Source of the DNA: Candidatus Latescibacterota bacterium
GTDB lineage: Bacteria; Latescibacterota; UBA2968; UBA8231
Assembly (NCBI GenBank): GCA_965215195.1
Contig: CBDCDC010000002.1
Location: 4,640,001 to 4,704,000, forward strand
Reading direction: 5' to 3'
Length of the DNA: 64,000 nucleotides
The notes beneath the pieces were generated by a model that made no database searches, was not told the DNA's origin, and saw nothing but the letters and a program-made list of their open reading frames with translations. The stretch's first letter is position 1. Every line of letters begins with the position of its first letter. Position numbers and translations under genes: made by a program. Positions 10,129 through 19,556 of the stretch are shown here, one piece after another.

Positions 10129-10213
10129 CCAACGAGCAAAATCGACGCAGTCGCGAATGCCTGCCAAGCACCATGGCACAACCCGGTTGGACCTCTTTAT
10201 CTTTGGATTGACA

Positions 10214-12393
10214 ATGTTCAATAATTGCCATAAGTCGTTAAAAAACAATAATTTACCCCCCCCCCCCGAAAATTCTCCAGGTTTTGGATTGCTGTCTTGC
10301 TGGCATCCGCTCCATGCTATTCCAACAACGACGCCGGCATTGAGTTACCTACGCCCGGTGCGCCAACCGGAGTCGCCGTTAGTGCCTCCAACAGACGAAT
10401 TACCGCCGTTTGGAACGCGGTCCCCAACGCGACGAGTTACGCGATTGCCGTCAGACTGAAAAACGGACTTGACCTCGCATGGCGCGAATACCCGACGCCC
10501 TCCTCGCCCTACACCATCGCGGATATGTATGCGATGAGCGGGATGCCGTATGAGGTTCGGGTTGCTGCGGTCAACGCCGACGGGCACTCCGAGTGGTCAC
10601 GTGTCGTCTCAATAACAGCTCCCACGCTCCAAGCAGCTCCGGCCGACGCGATTATAAGTTCCCTACCTCCCCCTTTTGTGGGAGAAACCATACGTGCGAG
10701 CTTGGACAGCCAGCGTCCATTTGCGAACAGGTCGGCGTGGCATTGGTCTATTTGCAACGCCGACGGGTCCGGGTGCAAGGTGCTGCCGCAAAGTTCCCCG
10801 ACGTATGAGTACTTAATGCAGGGCGACATGCAAGGAAAGCGCGTGTCGGTTCAGGTGGATTATGACAAAGAGGGCGTGTCGTACTCCGCGACAGCGGTGT
10901 TGGGCGTCGTCTGCGCGGCCCGGGAGCCTCCGACGCAGACGCACTTGTATGATCTACACTCGGCGTGGGTTGAGCTCCAATGGGACAGTGCGAGGGGCGG
11001 TGCCATCGCGCCTCTGTCCAACGACTTGCTCGTCGCAACGCCGTGGGGACGGATCGCGCTGGTGCGCCCAAACGGAGAGGTGGCCGATCTCGAGGGGACC
11101 GTTCCGATGGAGGTGGCGGAATACCTAGCGCACCCGGACCAAGCAAATTTCCGCTTGGCCCGGTTTCGCGTTGCCGACATTTTGTTGAAACAGCATTCGG
11201 CGGGGCGTTATGAACTGTTTGTGACGCATCACTATTTCACCGGCGCGTGCATCCGGTTCAGGTTGTCATCTACGACGCTGCTGCAACAAGGAGCGAGCGT
11301 TTCGGTATCGTCGGCGTGGAGAACGATATTCGACGCGGAACCTTGCCTGCCAATCGACAGTTCCGATCTACACCAAGCGGGGGGAAGGATGTTGACGGAC
11401 GGGCCCGATCACTTGTTGGTCGTTATAGGAGATCATCAGAGTAGTGGTAGGTTTGCTCAAGCCGCGGACTCGCACTTGGGCAAGCTCGTCCGCATCGAAA
11501 TCGAGACCGGCACCGCGGAGACGCTGGCCGTCGGCCTGCGCAATCCGCAGGGGTTCGCCCGGGACGAGGACGGCAACTTGTGGGAAACCGAGCACGGACC
11601 GCAGGGCGGCGATGAACTCAACGGGCTGGAAGCGGGCGGCAATTACGGTTGGCCGTTGGTTAGTTATGGCGTCAAGTATGGAGGAAAGGTCAACGTGCCC
11701 CGCGCCGAAGAGGTAGGCCGGCACGAGGGCTTCACAAAGCCCGTTTTCGCTTGGGTGCCGTCAATCGGCATCTCCAGCATCGTCGTAAATGACGAGCGCT
11801 TGTTCCCGCTGTGGGGAGACGATCTGTTGATCGGTTCGCTTAGGAGCCACTCGCTCTTTCGAGTCCGCCGCGATGGCCCGGACGTGCAATACGTCGAACG
11901 CATCCGCGTTGGCTACCGGATACGGGATCTCGCGCAAATGCCGGACAGGCGTATCGCGCTATTGGCCGATGGGGGAAAGGTCCATTTCCTGAGCCGATCC
12001 TACTACGCCCACTGCGACGCTGAGTCTAAGAAGGAACGCCGCGTCTATGCGATCGACTGTAGATCGGGGATTGATCATACGGAGGCGGTGGGTGGGGTCG
12101 CGGCTAGCGGTGCTCAGCTATACGGTGCGCATTGCAGCGGTTGTCATAGCCTGAGTGCCGAGGAGCACGGCCTTGGTCCGCATCTCGTCGGTGTGCTGGG
12201 TCGGCGCATCGGCTCGGTTAGCGGCTACCTGTTCTCAGACGCACTCAAGTCGCTGGACATGGCGTGGACGCCGACCCGCTTGGAACGGTTCTTAGCTAAT
12301 CCCAAGCAGTTTGCCCCGGGCACCTTCAAGGCGTCGTTGTCCATCACCCCAGCGGAAGCCCGTGCCATCGCGGACTTTATCGGGGGCGATTGA
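10214..12393 (+). CDS. FN3 + PQQ-dependent glucose/sorbosone dehydrogenase + class I cytochrome c fusion; frameshifted at C12 tract
   Basis: FN3 (PGAPTGV, YEVRVAAVNADG.SEWS), GSDH (GLRNPQG, EHGPQGGDELN, NYGWP), heme motif CSGCH; ATG 10214 joins the main frame only with C13 or C10. Confidence 0.75.
10256..10267 (+). repeat. Poly(C)12 homopolymer tract
   Basis: Twelve consecutive C inside the predicted signal-peptide coding region. Confidence 0.9.
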
Positions 12394-12400
12394 CCTTTTT

Positions 12401-12551
12401 CTTACTACACGACATCAGCCCTCAGCCTGCCAAGGATCGAGGGCATCTTGCCCTCGTCGAGGGGGGACGCCCTCGAGCCCGCACCCAGCGGAAACCGCAG
12501 AAAAGGCGTACTCAAAGTAAGGGGCACCTACTTTAGGTGTCGTGTACTAAG
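12401..12551 (+). mobile_element. MITE copy A (151 bp)
   Basis: TIRs CTTACTACACGAC / GTCGTGTACTAAG; 9-bp target duplication GACCTTTTT (12392-12400, 12552-12560). Confidence 0.9.
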
Positions 12552-12621
12552 GACCTTTTTATGAAAATCCCTGCGTACGGTCCGTTAATGATACCATCAT
12601 CAGCGTACAAGCTCGCCCCCC

Positions 12622-13773
12622 TCACGGCCACAAGGCATCGTTGGCCAGCAGCGCACAGAAGCGGGCAAACGGCACAACCTCAATGCCATCGGCTGTTTGC
12701 AAGGACGGCCCGTCGGGATAGACGATAAAGCGCCGACGCAGGCCCTTTAGGCCGGCGAGTACCCGCAAGCCCTTGCACCAAGTTTTCGCAAAGGTCCTAC
12801 CCGCCTTCACTTCAACGGCGACAAATTCTCCTTGGCGCTTGAGCAGGAAATCCACTTCGGTTTGGCTCGGCGCGGCACTGGCCCAGTAGAAAAACTCCTC
12901 ACACACCCCGCGATAGTCTTTGTAGGCCCGAATGAGCTGGGCAACCAACCCTTCAAAGAGAGGGCCGCGCTCTTCCGGGGCGAGCGGACCGACGACCCGC
13001 TTGAGGGTGCGCACGATCCCAGGGTCGCACCAGTACCACTTGGGCAAGGTGCGTTCGCGGACGCGCAGCTTGGCTTGGTAGGCTGGTAGTTGGAAGCAGA
13101 GGAGGGTTTCCTGCAAAATTTCCAAGTAGCCAGTCGCCGTGGTGCGGGCAACGCCGGCCTCGCGGGCGATGTTGGTCGCATTGACCGTCTGGCCGTGGAA
13201 CAGGGCGGCAATGGGCAGAAAGCGCGCAAATCCAGGCAGATTGCGCACGAGGCCCTCGGCTTGGATTTCTTCTCGGAGATACATCTGGGCGTAGGCGGCC
13301 AAGGTCTCGTCTTTGGCCGCGGAAGCCCAGACGATGGGCAGCAGGCCATAGCGCATGGCTTCCTCGAGGTCGAAGGCGGCGGCTAGTTCGGCCGGGACAA
13401 AAGGGTGCATGGCGCGATACAAGGCCCGTCCGGCGAGCAGGTTGACGCCCGCTCGCTTGAGTTTGCGGGCACTCGACCCACACAACACAAAGCGCAGCCC
13501 TCGTTCTTCAATGAAGCGATGGACCTCGTTGAGTAGGCTGGGCAGCCGCTGCATTTCGTCTAACACCACCCAGCGGTCTCTGTCAACAGCTCTTAATTCG
13601 GCGGCGAAGAGGCCGGGATGGGCCAACAGGCGCTGGTAGGTCTCTTCGGCGAGCAAGTTGACCATGTGGGCGTCGGGAAAGGCCGAGCGGAGATAGGTGC
13701 TCTTGCCAACGCCGCGGGGCCCCATCAGGAAGAAGCTCTGGCCGGGTATTTGGAGGATGCGGGGAAGGATCAT
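12622..13773 (-). CDS. AAA_14 ATPase with DUF4143 domain
   Basis: GPRGVGKS Walker A, LDEMQ Walker B, GSS, LAGR, PKWYWCDPG, EVDF..AVEVK. Confidence 0.9.
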   Translation of the reverse strand: MILPRILQIPGQSFFLMGPRGVGKSTYLRSAFPDAHMVNLLAEETYQRLLAHPGLFAAELRAVDRDRWVVLDEMQRLPSLLNEVHRFIEERGLRFVLCGSSARKLKRAGVNLLAGRALYRAMHPFVPAELAAAFDLEEAMRYGLLPIVWASAAKDETLAAYAQMYLREEIQAEGLVRNLPGFARFLPIAALFHGQTVNATNIAREAGVARTTATGYLEILQETLLCFQLPAYQAKLRVRERTLPKWYWCDPGIVRTLKRVVGPLAPEERGPLFEGLVAQLIRAYKDYRGVCEEFFYWASAAPSQTEVDFLLKRQGEFVAVEVKAGRTFAKTWCKGLRVLAGLKGLRRRFIVYPDGPSLQTADGIEVVPFARFCALLANDALWP

Positions 13774-13785
13774 TTGCCTACCTCG

Positions 13786-13812
13786 TCGTCGTTTTTCGCG
13801 GTAAAATGACGA
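13786..13812. promoter_or_regulatory. Inverted repeat (putative operator) upstream of AAA-DUF4143 gene
   Basis: TCGTCGTTTT-N7-AAAATGACGA, one mismatch. Confidence 0.4.
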
Positions 13813-13860
13813 GAAGATAGGCAAATAGGGCGATGGTCAACAGTCGTGGTTCGAGGATGG

Positions 13861-13912
13861 CGATTCTGCACGGCTGAGGATTTTGGATTTAATGGGTTGA
13901 TTCTTTAGGTTC
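13861..13912 (+). repeat. Direct repeat 2b
   Basis: Copy of 10077-10128 with 3 mismatches, directly upstream of the MNT start. Confidence 0.9.
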
Positions 13913-13918
13913 TACACT

Positions 13919-14413
13919 ATGACCACAGAGACAACCAAAAAGATCAACCAAACGCTCGAACTCGTCGTAGAGACCCTCGTCCGCTCACACCCCTTCGAGC
14001 GGATCGTTCTATTCGGCTCCCATGCTACAGGTCATAGCCAATGGGACAGTGATTTGGACTTACTCGTAGTCTGGCAGACGGGTTTGCCTCCGTTGGAGCG
14101 CACCCTTGAAACGCGCCGTCTGCTCGAAGGCATTGATTGCCCCTTGGATATTGTCGTGTACACCCCCGCCGAATTGGACTATTGGAAAGAAGCTCCGTCT
14201 TCATTCGCGTCCCAGATATTGGCCGAGGGCATCACTTTATATGAGCGAAACTCCGCAAGAACTTCAGTTGTGAATGAGCCTCAAGGTCGGCGTTCACTGG
14301 ATATTGCCCAAGCTATTCGCCGGGATTGCCGGGCCTACCTGATGGAGTTGGAGCCAACGCTTTTTGACCAATTGACCGCTACTCCCGCATCGCGCCCTTC
14401 TTCATCGGCCTAA
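13919..14413 (+). CDS. Minimal nucleotidyltransferase (MNT) antitoxin-type protein with aberrant C-terminal tail
   Basis: LFGSHATG...SDLDLLVV, DIVVYTP, EGITLYER; tail beyond LYER looks like read-through into a HEPN remnant. Confidence 0.8.
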   Translation: MTTETTKKINQTLELVVETLVRSHPFERIVLFGSHATGHSQWDSDLDLLVVWQTGLPPLERTLETRRLLEGIDCPLDIVVYTPAELDYWKEAPSSFASQILAEGITLYERNSARTSVVNEPQGRRSLDIAQAIRRDCRAYLMELEPTLFDQLTATPASRPSSSA

Positions 14414-14431
14414 TCGCTGGCTACTTCCTCG
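14391..14431 (+). repeat. Direct repeat 1b
   Basis: Copy of 9982-10022; both differences (CTC>CTA, GCC>GCT) are synonymous in the DUF6785 frame. Confidence 0.85.
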
Positions 14432-14527
14432 TCGGATCGAGGGCATCTTGCCCTCGTCGAGGGCGGGACGCCCTCGATCCCGGACTCATCGCCCATCAAC
14501 GACAAGTTATTGGTGTCGTGTAGTTAG
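14432..14527 (-). mobile_element. Truncated MITE copy D (subfamily 2)
   Basis: Reverse-complement match to 55225-55328; retains one TIR (GTCGTGTAGTTAG) and two REP-type hairpins. Confidence 0.8.
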
Positions 14528-14613
14528 GCGATGGTGTTAAAGTGGGGAATGCTGAAAGGGACTACGCGAGTTTTTAGCGAATTTTCATCTATTCAAGGAG
14601 ACAGAAAGGTACA

Positions 14614-17076
14614 ATGAAAAACCACCAGAGCTTACTTAGTTCCGCGCTTATAGCGTTCCTTTTGGCCGTCCATCCAACGTTTGGCGCTGCGGACTCCCTC
14701 CATCCCAGCGACCCCTACTTTGCCCTCGCTCGCGTACTCGACGTGAACATTGAGATGGCATCCGAGGATTGGGATCGTCTGCGCGGGCAAACGCGGACCC
14801 TTGCAGATATACTCGTCGGTGCCGACTGCCTCGACAGCCCTGCGGATGATATCTTCACTTGGTTTGAGGCGACCGTAACTGTCGATGGCGAAACCCACAC
14901 CCAAGTCGGCGTCCGCAAGAAAGGGTTCCTCGGATCGCTGAGTAAGGTTAAACCCTCGCTCAAGGTCCGCTTTGACAAGTTCGTCGATGGGCAGGTCCTC
15001 GGCGGCGCGATGAAGCGCCTGACCCTGAACAATGCCCAGCAAGACCCGTCGCTGATTAATACCTGTATGGCCTACCACGTCTTTGCTGCCGCTGGCCTAC
15101 CGGCACCGCGCTGCAACTTTGCCACCGTTGCGGTAAATGGCGAAAACTTGGGCTTGTACGCACACGTCGAGAGCATGAAAACCGCCTTTTTGGAACGCAA
15201 TTTTTCCGATCCAAGCGGCAATTTTTACGAAGGGACCGTCAGCGACTTCCGCCCCAAGTGGCGCGGTACTTTGCAAAAGAAAACCAACGAAGCGGAAGCG
15301 GACTGGTCGGATATCGACGCGGTCGTCGCCGCGCTGCAAGATCCCTCCCCGGCCGGCCTCGAAGCCCTTGCCGACATCATCGACATCGACCGCTTCCTCA
15401 CCTTCTGGGCTGTCGAGGTGCTCATTGGGCATTGGGATGGGTACGCTGGCAACCGCAATAACTTTTACGTGTATCGCGAGCCGGATGCGCCTTTTGTGTT
15501 CATACCTTGGGGCGCGGATCAAGTTTTTACCTCGATAGATGGCCCCTTCGACGATTTTGTGTCGCCGCCTTCAGTGACGGCGCACGGGGCCATCGCCCAC
15601 CGTTTATACCGCGACGACGCGATGCGAGCCGCCTATGCAGGCCGCCTCAAGCAACTGCTCGACACGGTCTGGAGTGAAGAAGAACTGCTCGCCCTCGCCA
15701 ACGAGATGGCGGCGATTGTCCAGCAACATGTGCTGGCCAAAAGGCGTGCGGATGCCGCCAGCGACGCAGACCGAGTGCGTCAATTCATCCGCGAGCGGCG
15801 GGCAGCGGTTTTGGCTGATCTCGACCCGGAGCCGGCTGCTTGGCCTTGGCCGCTGGCCTCGGCCGACATTTGCTGGCCGGAAAGAGGCGCGTTTGATCTG
15901 CGCTTTGAGACGACATGGGGATCGAGTGGGAGTGAGAATCCGCTGGGGGAAGGGACGGTCGCGTTCAGTAATTATCAGCTAGGAGGAGAAGAGCAACGCT
16001 TTGAGCTTTCGGGTGCCATTGCCGGCTTTGAAGAAGACGACGGACGCACGAACAAAAACAGGGCGTCTGTATCCATTACTAGCCTTGGAAAAAACTTTGC
16101 CACAGACGTTCTCACTGTGTCGCTGCCGATTGGCTGGGTGGAGAGCGGTGCCAGTTTGCCCATCGACATGAATGCAGTCCGTGGCTATCGCTTGTCGTTG
16201 CCGTCCCCTGATAGTTTCCCGGACCAGTTTGAACTAATCGCCAAGGGAGGACTTGAATTCAGCGAGGCGAGCACGGAGCTGGGCGCAAAAATTTCGGGTC
16301 GGTTCTACGGCACCTTATTCAGCTTTGGCGGGGGAGAGGATATGGCATCAGAAGCCGTAGCAGCGATCGGATTGGTTATCAACGAAGTCGCCGCTCAAGG
16401 CGATCCCCTTGATTGGTTTGAACTCTACAATGTCTCGGGTGGGCCGATAGATCTCGCGGACTTTGTGATGGCCGACGATCTGACGGACGAGAGTAAGCGC
16501 ACCCCCTTTCCGGACGGCACGATCATCGAGGCGGGTGAGTTTCTACAGATCGAGTTGGATAAAGACGGATGGCCCGGCTTTGCCCTTGGCCGCGACGAAG
16601 AGTTGGGCATCTGGACGGCAGACGGGACCTTGGTCGCTCAGGTCGACTGGGAAAAGGGACAGGCCGATGAGGGAACGAGTTGGGCGCGCCGGCCCGACAT
16701 TACGGGCGATTTTCAGACTGTAGATACCCCTACGCCGGGTGCTCCGAATGAGATTCCGACGGCGATTGCCGAGCAGGCCGCAGGAGTGCCCGAGGCATTT
16801 CGGTTGCACGGCAACTGGCCCAATCCGTTCAATGCTAGCACGACCATTGCTTTCGATGTGGAGAGGGCCGTACCCGTGCATCTCGTGTTGTACGACGTGC
16901 TGGGCCGCCGCGTCCGCACCCTGTACGGCGGCGAGACCCTGACGGCTGGCCACTATCGCACTTCTTGGAACGGCCGCGATGACGAGGGGCGTCTGGCTGC
17001 CAGTGGCGTCTATCTGTACCGACTTACCGCCGGGGCGGATTTTACTGTGGTGGGGCGGATGGCCTTGGTCCGCTAG
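14614..17076 (+). CDS. CotH kinase + lamin-tail domain + FlgD/T9SS-like CTD secreted protein
   Basis: Signal peptide; VRKKG, KPSLKVRFD, WDGY..NRNNFYVY, IPWGAD (CotH); INEV..DWFELYN (LTD); NWPNPFN..WNGRDD..ASGVYLY (CTD). Confidence 0.85.
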   Translation: MKNHQSLLSSALIAFLLAVHPTFGAADSLHPSDPYFALARVLDVNIEMASEDWDRLRGQTRTLADILVGADCLDSPADDIFTWFEATVTVDGETHTQVGVRKKGFLGSLSKVKPSLKVRFDKFVDGQVLGGAMKRLTLNNAQQDPSLINTCMAYHVFAAAGLPAPRCNFATVAVNGENLGLYAHVESMKTAFLERNFSDPSGNFYEGTVSDFRPKWRGTLQKKTNEAEADWSDIDAVVAALQDPSPAGLEALADIIDIDRFLTFWAVEVLIGHWDGYAGNRNNFYVYREPDAPFVFIPWGADQVFTSIDGPFDDFVSPPSVTAHGAIAHRLYRDDAMRAAYAGRLKQLLDTVWSEEELLALANEMAAIVQQHVLAKRRADAASDADRVRQFIRERRAAVLADLDPEPAAWPWPLASADICWPERGAFDLRFETTWGSSGSENPLGEGTVAFSNYQLGGEEQRFELSGAIAGFEEDDGRTNKNRASVSITSLGKNFATDVLTVSLPIGWVESGASLPIDMNAVRGYRLSLPSPDSFPDQFELIAKGGLEFSEASTELGAKISGRFYGTLFSFGGGEDMASEAVAAIGLVINEVAAQGDPLDWFELYNVSGGPIDLADFVMADDLTDESKRTPFPDGTIIEAGEFLQIELDKDGWPGFALGRDEELGIWTADGTLVAQVDWEKGQADEGTSWARRPDITGDFQTVDTPTPGAPNEIPTAIAEQAAGVPEAFRLHGNWPNPFNASTTIAFDVERAVPVHLVLYDVLGRRVRTLYGGETLTAGHYRTSWNGRDDEGRLAASGVYLYRLTAGADFTVVGRMALVR

Positions 17077-17156
17077 GACATCTGCACGGGTAACACATCG
17101 ACGCTAGATGTGGTCCCATCCGAGGGAACGCGCTTCACTGGGCCTTTGGGCGCGAG

Positions 17157-17308
17157 CTTAGTACACGACCCCTAAAGTAGGCGACCCTTACTTTGAGTAT
17201 GCCTTTTCTGCGGTTTCCGCTGGGTGCGGGATCGAGGGCGTCCCGCCCTCGACGAGGGCAAGATGCCCTCGATCCTTGGCAGGCTGAGGGCTGGTGTCGT
17301 GTAGTAAG
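17157..17308 (-). mobile_element. MITE copy B (152 bp)
   Basis: Inverted near-copy of A; TIRs CTTAGTACACGAC / GTCGTGTAGTAAG; flanks GGGCGCGAG / GGGCGCGAC. Confidence 0.9.
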
Positions 17309-17363
17309 GGGCGCGACATACATTGACGGTGCTGATTGCCTGCTGAGCAAAGAGAGCTACTCA

Positions 17364-17942
17364 ATGAAAACAATCAGAAAGCGGCTCATTTATCTCCTTG
17401 GGTTTGTGGTGCCCGGAAGCCTTTTCGCAGAGGAGGAGAACGAGCGCGATCTTCGCATCCAGATGGTGGTGGGTGGTTTATCCAGTTTTAACCAATCCAC
17501 GGGTCAATCCCCTACGATCGAATTCAGTGTGTGGAAACCTCTCGCCATCGGGGATAGGATTACCACAGGTGTCTATCTTGGCCATGGCGCAGCCCAAACT
17601 TCGGTTCGCCAAAATAGCCTGATCAGGGAAGGCGACACACCGATTCTGCTAACACACCTCCTCGTTTATCATTCCTTTGAACTAGCAGATTCCTGGACCA
17701 GTTTTCTCGAATACGGATTTTCTATCATAGGCTTTGATCACAAGGAAACTTCTCTTTCGCTTGCCGGCCTAGGTTTCGGCGTGGGGATTGGCTACAATCT
17801 GTGGAAAGACTGGCTGCTGACTTTCAAGACAAGATACGTTACAGTGAACCAGTCATATCTTGGCGACCCTATCCGGCATAAACAACTTTCTGGCTCGGTT
17901 GGGTTAGCTATTCCTGTGGACTTACCAAGACTCTCCTTATAG
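17364..17942 (+). CDS. Small outer-membrane beta-barrel-like protein
   Basis: Signal peptide MKTIRKRLIYLLG; amphipathic strands such as GFGVGIGYNL and LSGSVGLAIP. Confidence 0.5.
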   Translation: MKTIRKRLIYLLGFVVPGSLFAEEENERDLRIQMVVGGLSSFNQSTGQSPTIEFSVWKPLAIGDRITTGVYLGHGAAQTSVRQNSLIREGDTPILLTHLLVYHSFELADSWTSFLEYGFSIIGFDHKETSLSLAGLGFGVGIGYNLWKDWLLTFKTRYVTVNQSYLGDPIRHKQLSGSVGLAIPVDLPRLSL

Positions 17943-19556
17943 ATGAAGTACCTATTCCCCCTACTGGTTTTTGGGGTATTTCTGGTAGGATGGGCAACGT
18001 CTGCCGCCGCGCAACTCAGTAGCGACCTCTTTGAGCAGTACGAGGTCGTCATCGGCGCGGCGGAACGCCAGACCGTTCTGACGGGATTCCTGCTCGGTGG
18101 TCCTGTCGCGGACCTTGCCGTGGTGAATATCGACGAGAACGACGACCGCTGCTTGCGCATGTACGCATTCGGCGACAGCACTTGGGTGCCGCTACTCGCC
18201 GCTACGCTGCGGCCCGAAGTGTTGTTCGTCGATGTGGCCAATATCGGCGGACGCGACCACTTGATTGCGTACGAGCCCGGTCGCCTAAACTGGTTCGATC
18301 CCGACTCGGCGACGGAATGCGCACTAGTGGTGGTTACTGCCAACTTCAATCCGCCTCGCAGCGGTGAAATCCCCCACGTAGACATCACGCAGGACGTGAA
18401 CGGCGACGGGCGCGACGACTTGGTCGTGCCGGACGTCGCTGGCTTCTCGGTATTCGTCCAGATGAGCGATGGCGCGTTCGCCGATCCCGTGAAGATCGGC
18501 CCCTCCACCGATATGAGCAGGATCTACGGAGCCGACGGCTATCGATACGATCCTTGGTCGCAGAGCCGCGTTCACGAGGTGGACTACAATCGAGATGGTC
18601 GCCGCGACTTGGTGTGCTGGAACGAGGATCACTTCGAGGTTCATCTCCAGGACGAGCGCGGGCTGTTTGCGTCGGTGGCGGAGACCTTCACGACCGACGT
18701 GGCATTCGACAAGTTCTCCGCGCTCGCCACCGGAGACATGACCGGGAAGGTGCTGCACTCGTTAAGCGACATGAACGGCGACGGGGTCGCCGACTTGGTG
18801 ATCTTCTCGCTGGAGGGCCGGAGCATTGCCAGCAAGCGTTCCGCCTATGAGGTGCATCTTGGGACGCCAACACCCGATGGCGGCACCGCGTTTGCGCCAG
18901 AGGTCGGAGCCACGTTCAAGGCGGATGGCAGCATCCAACTCGGGATGGACCGGCACGACCTAGATCGCGACGGCCAAGTCGAATTGATGTTCACAACGAT
19001 CGCGGTCGAGTACCTCAAGGGCAGCCTTTGGAAGAGCATCAAGGGGTTCATGGGCGATGACATCCGGTTGGATCTCGAGTTCTACCACATGGAAGGGGGC
19101 CGCTATCCCGACAAACCCAACGCCACCCGCAGAATTGCGTTAGACGGCGTACCTAGCCATAAGGAGCCGGGATGGGTGTCCCTCGACATCGTGCTGCGAG
19201 GGGCGACGCACGAACGCCGCAAGACGCAAAAGAGTTGGCCGCGCGCATTCAACTCGACTTTGCTCATCGGGGATGTGACCGGCGACGGCCTCTCCGACCT
19301 GCTCATCGGGCAGCACCCGAGGCACTTGGAGGTCTTTGTCGGCGCACCGGGGCCGGACCTGTTTTCCCAGCGGCCTCAGACAGTGGCGGTCGCCGTGCCC
19401 AACGACGAGGAATACACCTCGCTAGTGGACCTCAACAAGGACGGCAAGCAGGATATCCTCATGCACCACCCGTTCGCGCTACGAGATGCTCACGGGGCCC
19501 GGAGACTGCCGCCGGGAACCGAGCCGCAGCGGGTGGCGGTGCTGATCGCCCGCTAA
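17943..19556 (+). CDS. FG-GAP/VCBS repeat protein
   Basis: Signal peptide; repeated DxNGDGxxDL motifs (DVNGDGRDDL, DMNGDGVADL, DVTGDGLSDL, DLNKDGKQDI). Confidence 0.85.
   Translation: MKYLFPLLVFGVFLVGWATSAAAQLSSDLFEQYEVVIGAAERQTVLTGFLLGGPVADLAVVNIDENDDRCLRMYAFGDSTWVPLLAATLRPEVLFVDVANIGGRDHLIAYEPGRLNWFDPDSATECALVVVTANFNPPRSGEIPHVDITQDVNGDGRDDLVVPDVAGFSVFVQMSDGAFADPVKIGPSTDMSRIYGADGYRYDPWSQSRVHEVDYNRDGRRDLVCWNEDHFEVHLQDERGLFASVAETFTTDVAFDKFSALATGDMTGKVLHSLSDMNGDGVADLVIFSLEGRSIASKRSAYEVHLGTPTPDGGTAFAPEVGATFKADGSIQLGMDRHDLDRDGQVELMFTTIAVEYLKGSLWKSIKGFMGDDIRLDLEFYHMEGGRYPDKPNATRRIALDGVPSHKEPGWVSLDIVLRGATHERRKTQKSWPRAFNSTLLIGDVTGDGLSDLLIGQHPRHLEVFVGAPGPDLFSQRPQTVAVAVPNDEEYTSLVDLNKDGKQDILMHHPFALRDAHGARRLPPGTEPQRVAVLIAR

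Noticed and set aside
12311-12728. Short ORFs overlapping MITE A, and similar ORFs at 17135-17373
   Set aside because: Translations of the non-coding repeat itself
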